64,000 nucleotides of DNA from the human T2T-CHM13v2.0 reference genome, Homo sapiens, in NCBI RefSeq assembly GCF_009914755.1, contig NC_060928.1. One strand, 5' to 3'. Shown here piece after piece: positions 27,298 to 39,515 of this stretch. The stretch's first letter is position 1, and each line of letters begins with the position of its first letter. Made by a program: the position numbers and the translations under genes. The notes beneath the pieces are model-generated. The model was given only the letters and a program-made list of their open reading frames with translations. It had not been told where the DNA came from and did not search any database.

Positions 27298-27610
27298 GCC
27301 TGTTCCCATTGTTGATTCCTTTGAGGCTTACAATCCTCTAGACGAGCATGTACCTTGTGTCTTGCATAGACAGTCCTGGCTAATACTTGTGGTCCAAATA
27401 CGACTTTGTTCTGGAATTTTTATTTTTTATGAAAATATTAATATAGTCACATTAAAATTAGCCTATATGGATATGTAAGACTTTCATTTTGTGGTCCAGC
27501 TTGTGTCATTGTCTCTCTAGCAAAGTAGGAATCACTTATCCAGTGAACAGTATACTCCCTTATCAGGATGAGGGTTTCCTCTATCCAATATGAAATATTG
27601 ACTCATGCAT

Positions 27611-27970
27611 GAAACATTCCTCGACTTACAATGTTGTTTTGTCCTTATAAACCCATCATAAATAGAAAATATGGTAAATCAAAAATGCGTTTAATATCCC
27701 TAACCTGCTGAACCTCATGGCTTAGCCTATCCTACCTTAAATGTGCCCAGAATATCGACATTAGCCTACAAGTTGGGTAAAATCATCTAACACAAAGACT
27801 ATTTTGTAATAAAATGTTAAATAGTTCATGCAGTTTATTTAATATTGAAACTAAATGACAGAGTAGTTGTATGAGTACTCAAAGTACAGTTTCTACTGAA
27901 TGAACGTTGCTTTTTCACCATTATAAAGATAAAAAACCCTGAGTCGAACCATTATGTTAGTAACTGTCCA
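27611..27970 (+). mobile_element. MER47A (Tigger-type MITE)
   Basis: CCTCGACTTAC...ATAAACCCATC...CTTAGCCTATCCTACCTTAAA...AAAATCATCTAACACAAAG...AGTCGAACCAT. Confidence 0.88.
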
Positions 27971-28611
27971 TATTTCTAAACCTCTGTCCTTGTATAATCC
28001 TTTTCTCTCTAGTAATTTACCCTGAAAATGTGAACTACTTCAGCCTCCCTGAATCTTTATTTCTTTCTTCATGATTCAGCAAGATTGTTTTTCTTTGCTT
28101 TGTTTTTCTCTCCCTACACGACAGTCCTGAAAGTTTCTTTATAGAAGTCACGGTAATCCTAACGCTCACCTAATTCATATAAGTTTTGTGTATTTGTCCC
28201 AGGTATCTAGTTGTTAATAGTGATAGGCTTCATTTAATATGATTAACTTATTACAAATGCAAGTATGTAGTTTATATTATTTTTTTAAAAAATTAAATTT
28301 AAATTGTTGAAAATTAAGTAATCTCTTTTGATAATATACTAAATGAAATGCATTTACACAAGACTTGTTTGTTATACCAAAAAGACACCAAAAAAATACA
28401 CCTTTTTATGTCCCAGTTTTTGACCTCAAAGGGGTTACAATTTATATAAATACATAATATACATTCACCTGAAAATACAACATAAATATACCATGAAGGA
28501 CAGATAGAAAAGTTTGAATCAGTGAAAAGCTTCAGCAGAAAATGAGATAGTAGGACACCAAGTTGGATATTCTTGGTCATTGCATATGTTTTGTTGCATG
28601 AATTTAGCATA

Positions 28612-29112
28612 CAGTAGTCCCTTCTCATTCCTGGAGGTTATGCTCCAAGACACCCCCAGTAGATGCCTAAAACTCCAGATAGTACTAAGCTCTATATATA
28701 CCATGCTTTTTTCCAATACATACATTTCTATGATAAAGTTTAATGTACAAATTAGGCACAGTAAGAGATTAACAACAGTAACTGATAATAAAATAGAACT
28801 ATTATAACAATATCCAGCATCAGTACTCTTGTGCTTTGGGGCCATATTAAGTAAACTAAGGGTTGCTTGAACACTAGCACTGTGATACCGCAACAATTGA
28901 TCTGATAACCGAGATAGGTACTATGTGACCATCCTACAGATAGTGTACACAGCATGGAGATGCTGGAGAAAGGGAGGGTTCATGTCTCAGGGAGGATAGA
29001 GCAAGATGGCATGAGGTTTCATCAGCCTTCTCAGAACAGAGCGCAATTTATAACTTGATTGTGGGTAACTGAAACCACCAAAAGCAAAACTGTGAATAAA
29101 GGGTTGCTGCTG
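28612..29112 (-). mobile_element. MER44B-like (Tigger-derived)
   Basis: CAGTAGTCCC terminus; AATTAGGCACAGTAAGAGATTAACAAC core; GTGGGTAACTGAAACC near the other end. Confidence 0.85.
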
Positions 29113-29400
29113 TTTCCTTTTTTATTTTAGTTGCTTTATTGTCTTGTTTGTTTGTTTGTATGTTTGCTTTGTTTTGTTTGTTTTTCTGATCACTCTGTGT
29201 TGTGCTAAGATAAACATATCAGTGGTATTTGGAAAAGAAGATGAAAATTGTATTTGAGTGGTTCGGGTGTGATGCTCTTAGTTAGAATGAATCAAGCGTG
29301 GTAAGAATAAAGGACATGAATCCAGGTCACTATGAAGGATTGATCAGGAGAATATATATTTTAAAGTTCATCTTCTTGTTAACTAAAATATAATTATGAA

Positions 29401-29770
<370 letters not shown>

Positions 29771-31620
29771 TAACTTGCTTTGCTTCAAAGAGTGTTTAAC
29801 ATAGAGAACATATAAGGCTTCAGGTATTTTAGGCATGGGGTAAAGTTAGTGAAAGAGAGCACTTAGAAAAAGTAAGATTGTGACTTAAGCAACTATTGTG
29901 TTCAACAGGAATAATAAACTCAAAGTAGGAAGACAATGATGATTAAGATATGCTGCATTTGACGTGGCAGAAAGGACATCTAAGTGGTAATCGTTACCTG
30001 GCATTTGGAGATAATGACCAGAAAATACTTCAGGGCAGAAATATATATTCTAATGTCATGCATATATAGAAGTAAATTTGAAGCCCGCAAAATGAATGTT
30101 TTCTAAATTACTTAGAGAAGGAAAAACTGGCTGAAGTGAATATAAATATTCATGCTTTTAAAAAAATGCTCCCAAAGGTTTTAGTTGTATCGAAGGTAAG
30201 AATTACAGTGCTGTTTTATTGCACCTATTTTATTTTTTACTATTCAGTTCATCCCTGGAAAGTTAAAACATATTCACATCTTTCAATAATCACATGTCTT
30301 TTACAAAATACAACTTTTGTCAAAGCAGCAGGAAACTCTTACATTTCAAATAAAATATTTTCTATCTTTTAGAAGTACGTATTTTTAAAAAATATATAAT
30401 TCAAAGAAACTAAAAAAGAATGATTTCATCTTTGTCACAGTGTATGTGTATGTGTGTGTGCATGTAACTTTATAAACTCTTTTCTTTTAACCATGAATAT
30501 TTAATTTGGCTACCTTATGTCTGAACTTATTCTCCTGGGCTACTTAGGTAAATACAGGTCTGAATTGTAGAGGATTTTGAAAATGTAGTTGTAGTTAGAA
30601 AAAAAAAAAAGTAACTAGAATTCGGTATGGGAAGTATTAGATACCATAATGTTGAAATAGCTGATCAGAATGGTTGGTTAAATACAGTTAAAATTGTTTT
30701 AAAATTAGGTTTTCTAGTTCCTAAATGTAAACCTTGTTAAGTATTTAATAATTTATCTTAAAGAGATATAAGTCCTATTTTCGTGTATTATAACCTGCCT
30801 GGAGCCCCCATCAAGATATGTTACTTTCTCAATTGAACCTAACACTAGTTGAAAATTTACTTTATGGACTCAAACACATACAAACAAGTTTACAGAAAGT
30901 AAGCTATCAATTTATGCAAACTGAAAATGAATTAAATACAAACTCTGTCTAAGACTAGGAAGATGGCAGTGGACATAGATAGTACTTTGTCACTCTCTGA
31001 TTCTTATTGCTCTTCAATGTACTGCCCTTTAGAGGAGCCTTCTAGATCTTCATTTAATTATGCCTTCTGTATTATTCATTTAATAATGCATTATAATGAT
31101 GTCTACTGGGAGCATTGGTTTCCCTTATGTGATGATTATTGCATTTTTCAAGTGCTGTTGACCTGAAGAGCTACTTAGCACCATTTTATTGGAACACAAC
31201 ATAGGCTCTATTGAGCTTTCTCTTGCAAGTCACATCAGAGAAGCTAGAGTATGACCACAATGTGTCATCCTCTGGAAGCTGTCTCTTAAATGATCCCATC
31301 CTTTTCTCCTAAGTGGAAAACAAGATCACCAACTTTTCCTGACTCAAAATGAAACTCACATTTCCTAATTTTAGACACCAAAATATAGAGTATCTAAGAA
31401 TCTAGTTTTATTTTTTATCTCAGCAAATAGTCACTGAGAGACTTCCACATGCGAAGAACAGTATGAGGCTCTTTAAGAGACTGTAGTGAAGAAGAAAGTT
31501 TTAATAATCTCTTTCCTCAAAGTTTATATTATAATAAACAAGATGAATATTTAAAAAGACAAATCTAGCTCTGATCTCAAAGAGTTTGTATTTGCCAGAA
31601 AAAAACTCATTAGAAGGTGA

Positions 31621-31734
31621 TTTGTGTAATTTATTATTTAGATACGATGATTTGGGTAATTTATTATTTAAATATGATGATTTATGTAATTTTTAATTTA
31701 AATATGATTATTTATGTAATTTATTATTTAAATA
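31621..31734. repeat. Minisatellite, 30-bp unit x ~3.8
   Basis: Unit TTT(G/A)TGTAATTTATTATTTAAATATGATGA at 31621, 31651, 31681, 31711. Confidence 0.92.
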
Positions 31735-32179
31735 GAAGTTTCAGACTGAGAACAATGGGAATTCATGTCAGGTGTATCTGATTTAGTCTGGGGACAGATT
31801 TTTACCATATATGGAGAGGACATGACTGGTCAAGGAAGTGCATTTTGTTTTGATTTCTTTAAACATTTTTATTGACTTACTATTCAAATGCTGTTAATTC
31901 CACAAGTATGAGACATCAGAGGCAGGTACAAGGGAACAGAGGACTCAGAAAATAAAGCATGACCAAGCATTCTGAAGAAAGAAGGATCATGTGAGAAGGA
32001 ACACATGAGAAATTCAATGTGTTGATGCAGTAAGAGTAAGAGGTGAAAAGAGATAAGAATGCTGATGTCGGCAGAGGTTAAAACTTGCAAGTACTTAAAG
32101 ATAGGTTGGAAATATATATTTGTAATTGCATTTTTAAGTTAAAGAAAACACAATAAATAATTATTTCAGGGCCACAGGA

Positions 32180-32393
32180 AAAGTTGTCCAGTAATGGATT
32201 TTGGTCATTATCTTAAGAATGGTGGAGTCCTTGAAGGATTTTAATTAGGTGAGAGATTTGGATTTTCAAAGGATAAAACTTGTGGTATAGAAGAGAAAGG
32301 GTTTGAGAGAGGTATGAGTGAATGGGAGAGAACTGGCTAGAAAACAACTTCAGCATTCTAAATGAGAGATTATGATGCCTTGACTTGGAATGC
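32180..32393 (-). mobile_element. L2 fragment
   Basis: TTATCTTAAGAATGGTGGAGTCCTTGAAGGATTTTAA...AATGAGAGATTATGATGCCTTGACT. Confidence 0.6.
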
Positions 32394-32750
32394 TGTATTA
32401 GACTGTTCTCACTCTGCTAGTAAAGACATAGCCAAGACTGGGTAGCTTATAAAGGAAAAAGGCTTACTTGACACAAGTTCCATGTGGCTGGAGAGGCCTC
32501 ACAATCTTGGGGGAAGGTGAAGAAGGAGCAAAGGCATGTCTTACATGGTGGCCGAAAGCCAAGCGAAAGAGGAAACCCCTTATAAAACCATCAGATCTTG
32601 TGAGATTTATTCACCACAATGAGAACAGTATGGAGGAAACCACCCCCATGATTCAATTGTTTCCCACTGGGTCCTTCCCAAAACACATGGGAATTATGGG
32701 AGCTACAGTTCAAGATGAGATTTGGGTAGGGACACAGCCAAATCTTATCA
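32394..32750 (-). mobile_element. THE1 (B/C-like) MaLR solo LTR
   Basis: TGTATTAG...CAAGACTGGGTA...AAAACCATCAGATCTTGTGAG...GAGATTTGGGTAGGGACACAGCCAAA...TATCA. Confidence 0.92.
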
Positions 32751-33019
32751 GATGATAAATGAAAAGAAAGAAATGGAATGTTAAATAGAGTATTTAAGAA
32801 TTTAAGTGTTCTAAGGTATTACATTGGTTTATTCTCAGAATATATGGTAAAATTATTTTCAGGTTTCCACACTTGGTAAACATATATGATAAGTGAAACT
32901 AAGAATCAGATAATTCTATACTAATATATAAGAACATCAGTGTGACCTATTTTACTTACACATTTTTAGCAGATTACCTTTGAAATCTGGAGGCAGCTAC
33001 AGATTATTGAAACTAAAAT

Positions 33020-33350
33020 CCAGATTCCACAAATAAGTGAGATAATGCTGTACTTGTCTTTCTGTGTCATGGGGAAAGAAAAGATGTTGATCAAAGGATA
33101 CAAAGTTTCAGTCAGACAGAAAAAATAAGATTTAGTGAGCCACTGCACGGAATGGTGACTATAATAAGCAATAAAGCAGTACAGATTTCAAAATTGCTAA
33201 AGTAGTAGATTTTAAATGTTTTTATCATAAAAAATCATGGCAGCTGATATATTTCATTAGGCTGATTTAATCATTCAACATCACAACTGCATATCAAAAC
33301 ATCCTATTTTACCCCATAAATATATATGATTATTATTTGTCAATTAAAAT
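33020..33350 (+). mobile_element. L1MA-type 3' end with a short inverted 5' piece (33020-33068)
   Basis: GATGTTGATCAAAGGATACAAAGTTTCAG...TACCCCATAAATATATA; preceded by antisense AGATTCCACAAATAAGTGAGATAATGC. Confidence 0.85.
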
Positions 33351-33569
33351 GAAATTCTAAAAACCTTCTAGTTTTTAAACTTGACTTGGTAACTTTTCTT
33401 AACTTTGTGTTTTAATAAAAGATACCTGTAATAAAGCATTTCATATGGGATATATGTTAGTGAACTTTGGGAAGTGCTATATGATATTAATTTCTTAGTA
33501 TCATGTTTTTCCTAGGTATCCTTTTGTCTTCTTGTTGCTTTTATCTCTTGCCACAGCCAAGCATCCCAA

Positions 33570-34402
33570 TATTGTCCTATCCCAGAGTCTTCCATCTCAA
33601 TTGAGTAGTACTGATGTAAAACCATTTTCACAAACCAGAAGCCTAGAAATAGTATTTTCATGTGCCAGCCATTTGTAGTCTGTCAAGTTCTCTCTATTTT
33701 ATATCTTAACGAGTTTTCAGAACTATCTGATTGCCTAGATTTTGCCCATCTTTACTATAGTCCAAGTAAAAATTATCTTTTCTGTGGATTATAGTAATAA
33801 TCTCCTAACACCCACGTCCACAAAATTAAACCGTTATTTATGTGGCCACAATGATAATTTCTAAACACAATCCTCCTCTATAGCACCTCCTGTTATACAC
33901 TCATCCATATTTACAACACTCAAGTCTTTTGTCACTTTTGTTATAAGGAGGGAGATGTAAACATGGCCCAAAGGAACTTGGAGGTGTGCTCCTCACTGAC
34001 TTCTCAGTCCTCATCTTGCGCCACATGCCCATACAAGCCTGTTTTCACTTTCTTGAATGTGCATTGTTATCTCTTGTTCCATGCTGGTCCCTCTGCCTAG
34101 TGTTCTCTTTTCCTCCATACCCAATGCATTTTTCCTTTATGTATTAACTTAAATGTCACTTTCTCTACCAAGAATTCCTCAATTAAGGTGAAAATCTTTG
34201 TTAGGTGCTCTCACAACACAGTATATCTATTATATTGCTCACAGCACTTACCACATTTCTTTTCTTTTGCTTGTTTGGTTACTATCTTATTTGCCTAAAG
34301 GTATAAGGTCCTGACAGACCAGCAGTAATTATTGTTTTTGTTCATGGTTGAATATCTAGCTCTTTGAAAATAGGTGCTCAATAAATACATACTTAATGAA
34401 TA
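33570..34402 (+). mobile_element. L2 3' region
   Basis: AAACCAGAAGCCTAGAA...TGCTGGTCCCTCTGCCTAG...TAGGTGCTCAATAAATAC. Confidence 0.75.
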
Positions 34403-35298
34403 AGTCATCCCCAGGTAAAACTGGCATTAAATTTTCCATTGCAAAAAAAGCTAAGTCATTGACTTCCATTATCAGATAAAAGCCAACCTCTGAAAAAGCA
34501 GTAAGATTATTTTCTTCATAGTTCTGCTCCTGTGTATTCCTATATACATTCCCTCATACATTGAATTCCCACAAAAGATTTTCAGTCCCTGAATCCTCAG
34601 GTTACTTTTTGTTTCAAGGTAAAGCAAACTGGAATAGGACAAGCCTATTGAGACCTCAGATCCTGATGGATACAGAGCCAATTACAGATCTGCAATCACT
34701 CTACCTCCTACTTTTCACTGGACTACAAAGTCCCTTTCAGATTCATGATGCTTGTCTGAACTGGCTTACACACCCCAGGGCTAAGCAAGAGGTTCCATTG
34801 CTCATGTTGTGTATCTGTCAGCTCACTTCCTAACAAAATGGCAGTTGAGTTGAGTTAAAGAAAACTGATGCCTTGAAGCAATGATATTTAATGAGGACAT
34901 TGCTAGAATTTTTTTTGCTTTGTTTGGCTGTTTTTCAGCTAGACATTTATTTAGATATGTGCATTTAGATATGGAAAGTTTGCACAAAAATGTTTACATA
35001 ACTGATTATTTCAGAGATGTGGGAAGAAGAGAGATTTTTGTCTTAATTTTGCTTTGACCTATCTCCTTTTTCTATAATAAACATTTATTACCTGTGAAAT
35101 TTTTTAAAGTTAAAAAAATAAAGTACACTCCTCATTCAAACAGATCTTTGATTAAGATAGACACTATCTCTTGTTAGTCATGTGCACCTAAGAGAATCCA
35201 TCACTCTTTACATTTACCAAACAGTCAACTTTGCAGCTAGTTTCAGTCCACTAGTAGGTCCCAGCACATGCAAATGCATTTTCAAAAAAAGACTACTA

Positions 35299-36610
35299 TT
35301 AGCACACATTTATTCTAAATCTGAGTAGAAAAAGGGCCACTAAGGTGAAAGTAGTATTTCCCCTTGGTCCTCAGGCTTGCTTCCCTACCTTTTTGCAAAC
35401 CCTGTTCTGGAAGAGCCGTTATCAGTGGCCACCAGTCCCTAAGGAGAAGACCAATCCCAGAGAAGTTCAACTCCAGACAGGCTCAGGGCTGGGAACTGCA
35501 TGGAAGGAAAAGCATGGAATGAAAACCAGAATACCAGATAGAAAGCTAAGCCTTGTCAGGGGTGACTCAAGAGAGGCTAGAGACAGAGTCCAGTGCTACA
35601 AAAGAGCTTGCAGAACCAGGGGCATCAGATACAGACAAAATTTGGTGGCCTTCATTTAGATGGGAGCTTTAGCAGTGACATCACAGGACAAGGCAGAAGA
35701 TGCTCAGATGATTATGCTGGGCCTCCCTCTTTCAGCCTCTTTGGAGTGGCTCAGGAAGGTGTACCCTGTTTTGTCACCAGGGCCTCAGGATCTTTGATGC
35801 CTCGAGGTCTCACCCCTGCAAAGGATAGTTGACTGCAGCTTTTCAAGGCCCAGTTTTGGTTTCCAGATAGGTCTGGACAGCCTCAGCTTGCTAGGCTGCT
35901 TCTCCTGGCTCTGTGTGAGTTGGTAGAGTATGGTTACGTGGAATAGAGACTGGACTATTGGCCAATTTTCTTATGGGCTTGCCATGCCATCTAACCCTGT
36001 CTTTGCCAAGTCTTAGGTCATTGCTCATCACTCTCCCATCCTGCTTGTGTGTATTTGGTTTGGGGCTTAAGAGTAGAGGCTTTTGTGGATCCTATTACTA
36101 AATCCAGTTAATCTGTTGTTCTGTACTTTCAGGGTTTCATGTAAAGGGCCTATGGTAGGGTGACACAAACAGATGAGATATCTAGTAGTACATGATACTA
36201 GAAGGCAAGTGGGGCCTATCTCCTTGGATCGAAACTCCAGAATATCTTGGGGTTGGGGATTCAATGTCTATCCCCCAGTGGAGAGGTTGGTAGAGCTCAG
36301 GGTACTGCCAATAAGGTCCACGGGCAAGGAAGGGGCAAGGATCCAGCCTTGGTGAGGGTGTGAACACTGGGCAGGACACTAAGGCAGAAGCTAGCCCTAT
36401 AGATTGCTCAGCAGGAGAAACTGTAATAAGAAAGGAAGTGTCCAGGAGGTTAGGTCCATCCAAGGGCTTTCTCTATCCAACTTAGTGAGGCAAGAGTCTC
36501 CTAAACGCTTGTACAACCAGTATTAAGACATTAAAATAATTAAGAGAGAGTCCAATCTCTGTATCATGGGTGGGAATGAGACTTCCGATGTATTCTCGAT
36601 CCTACAGACT
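35299..36610 (-). pseudogene. Candidate decayed retrocopy / unassigned GC-elevated island
   Basis: Visibly more GC-rich than the flanks; matches no repeat I recognise; minus-strand AATAAA (TTTATT at 35309-35314) at its left edge; parent gene not identified. Confidence 0.35.
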
Positions 36611-36624
36611 AGGCAGAGCTGAGC

Positions 36625-36805
36625 TATTTATTGAGCAGTTATCATGAGCCAAACAGTGTTCTAAGTGCTTCACACATATTAACTCATTTAACGTCACGTA
36701 TACCTTATGGGGTAGGAAATATTAATATCCTAATTTAACAGATGAGTAAAGAAAATAATGAGATGGCAAAGAAAATAATTTCCTGCCCAAAGTGACTACA
36801 GATGG
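36625..36805 (-). mobile_element. MIR
   Basis: ATTTATTGAGCA...GTTCTAAGTGCTT...AACTCATTTAA...TTTAACAGATGAG. Confidence 0.8.
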
Positions 36806-36909
36806 ATAGATGGTTCCATCATGTTCCTTAGAGTCTGTCTCTCTGTATTTTTCTATTCTCCTCACTTCTCCAGACTTGTGACTAATGATGCTGAAATGGA
36901 ACCACCTGG

Positions 36910-37340
36910 TAGTGGCAGACAGAGTTGATGTGTCAAATTTATCCTCTCTGCATTTACCATTCCCTTACCTTTTAACAGTCTTCTCCTGCAAATACCTGGT
37001 CTCTGCACTTAAAGGCATTCTTTGCTTGGAGCATGCTTGGCAAGAAGGCATTCATGACAGGGAGATAACACCCCCAGGAACAGTCTTCAGTGACTCCTGG
37101 AAAAGAGTAGTAGATAAATACCAAGCTTCTTTGCCCTCAGGTGTGACAAGTTGTAGGCATGTTCTACACAATCTCCTAGAGGTTCACTGTGAGTCCCAGT
37201 TGCCCAAATTGAAAATCTCCATTTTATCCCTTCCTTTTCTTATGTTACTCCCCACTCTTTTACATGAAATCACATCCTATGAAAACTATCTGCATTCAAA
37301 CCCTCGTCCCAGCGTCTGGCTTAGGGAGAACCAAGCCTCA
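36910..37340 (+). mobile_element. LTR16 (C-like) ERVL solo LTR
   Basis: AACACCCCCAGGAACAG...GATAAATACC..GCCCTCAGGTG...GTTCTACAC...CCCAGTTGCCCA...GGGAGAACCAAGC. Confidence 0.8.
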
Positions 37341-37789
37341 TCTATCTGCTCTTCATTAGGACTGTCTATCATAATTTCTTATGTTACATTAATTACAGGT
37401 GGCCTCATTCTTTCCAGGGGAACTTTCTGGGAATTTGGAAGGATGGAAAAGTCACAGTTTCTAGAGATTTGTCAGCTTAGTCCCTGAGTTTAAGAAACAA
37501 TGGAATATTGTGCTGTCAGAGAGATCTGCTGCTTTACTCTTCAAAAGACAGATACGGAGCATTTCCATCTCCATTTGTCTCTTATCAGTTCACATCTGGT
37601 TGAAGTAGTCTGTGAAAGATATGTAAAGATGGGGGTATAAAGTGTTTGGCCTACCTTTCATTAATTTGGGACTAGTGTGCCATCTTTCTGTGCATAATTT
37701 GACTGAGAGCTCAGAATGACAAAGCCCGGATAAACTGGAACCAGTCTTCCTCTACCAGTTTTAACTGGAGCTTTACTGAGATGTTCTTT

Positions 37790-39515
37790 TTTATATATAC
37801 AACTTTGAGTTACTGTCTAGTACTCTTTAATTTCCCCAAGAGGACCTGAGCATTTTTTGCAGGGCAGATCTAGTGTTAACAAACTCTCTTAGCTTTTATC
37901 TATCTGAGAATGTCTTAATTTGTTTATCAGTTTTAAAGAATAATTGGTTATACATATGGAATTCTTAGTTAACTGTTTCTTTGTTTGTTTAGTACTTTGA
38001 CTATATGGGCCTACTGACATCTGGTCTTCAATGTTTCTGATAAGAAATCTTCCAATAATCTTATTGAGGATCTCTTCTTTGTGATTGGTGGCTTCTCTCT
38101 TACTGCTTTTCAGAATTCCTCTTTTGGTCTGTTGGAAGTTTGATTATATATCTCAGTATGAGTCTCTTGGGTTCATCTTACCTGGAGTTCAGTGAGCTTT
38201 TTGGATGTTTATATTCATGTCTCTCATCAAATTTTGGAATTTTCTTCAACCATTAATTCTTCAAATATTTTCTCTACGATTTACTTTTCTCTATTTTTCC
38301 AGAACTCCTACATGTGTACATTGTTCTGAATGATGGTGTCTCAGAGGTCCTCTAGGTTCTATTCACTCCAATCTTTAATCTCTTTTCTTTCTGTTCCTCA
38401 GGCTCAATAATTTTATTTTTCATATCTTTAAGTTCTCTGATTTTTTTTTTCTGTCAGCTGAAATCTGTCTTTAAATCCATCTAGTAAGTTTTTCTTTCAG
38501 TTATTGTACCTTTTATCAATAGAACTTTCTAGAATTTCTTTTCTTTTCTTTTCTTTTTACTTCTCCTCCATATCTTCTTTCAGTTCTTTGAGTATCCTTA
38601 AGATACTTGTTTTAAACTCTTTGTCTAGTCGACTTGCCATGATGTGTTTTCAGAGACCGTTTATGGTAATTATTTATTTTTCTTTGAATAGTCCATACTT
38701 TTCTCTTTCTTTGTATGTCTTGTGATTTTCTGTTGAAAAATGAGCATTGCATCTAATAATGTGGTAACTCTAGAAATTAGATTATTTCTGTTTCCTATTG
38801 CTACTGCTTATGGTTATTGATTTTCTTTATTGTCTTTTTCATTATTGTAGGGTAGTTGATTGTCAGTAATCACCCTGAGGTGTAAACTTAAGCCTTTCCA
38901 AATCTTTTCTGGGCCTGTGTCTTTCCCTGGGCATGCACAACCACTTCCTAATTTTCCCCATATATGCAGTTACTTTTGAAAGTCCTAGTCTTTAATGTCT
39001 GTCTACCCAAAGAAGAAAAAGAGAAAAATAAAGGGGGAAGGGTAAGGGCACCAGCTCTCTAAATCCTTAAAAGTCAATTCAAACAGAGGGAGGCAGGGCT
39101 TGCAACAATGGGAGAAGGTGCAACAACAATGGTCACTTGTCTCTCTACTCCTCTGTGATCATCAAGCAGCAACCAGATATAAGAGCACAGATCTCTGATA
39201 TTTGGAGGACAGGTTGATTTTTACCCATTCTGGCTCCCTCAAACTATGTGCCAGCTGTTCCTGGAATGCATGCTCAGCCATCTGTTACATGGCTGGGGTA
39301 AAGGATGGGTAGCTGCTACTGTGCTAAGAGCTAAAATTGACTGAAATTAACCGTAATTTAACCTCTAAGATTTCTCCTGAAATTTAAACGCCTTCAATGG
39401 ACTCCAACATTTCAAAATAGTTACATCAGTCAGATTCTGTCAGTGCCATTGATGTCTAAATGGGGAGATAGATTTCTGATGCTTCCTACACTACCATCTT
39501 TTCAGAATTATCTAG
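37790..39515 (-). mobile_element. Old L1 (L1M4/L1MC-type) ORF1 and 5' region
   Basis: GCAGATCTAGTGTTAACAAACTCTCTTAGC, TCTGATAAGAAATCT, TCATCAAATTTTGGAA are typical antisense L1M ORF1 motifs. Confidence 0.8.

Noticed and set aside
31621-31734. 30-bp repeats as a CRISPR array
   Set aside because: No spacers, no cas genes and a eukaryotic context; it is a plain minisatellite
36430-36450. LLDTSFLITV as a retroviral aspartic protease motif
   Set aside because: Lacks the D-T/S-G catalytic motif and has no supporting gag/pol motifs
36885-37487. 200-aa ORF, the longest in the window
   Set aside because: Lies mostly over an LTR16 solo LTR with no recognisable domain; probably a chance open frame
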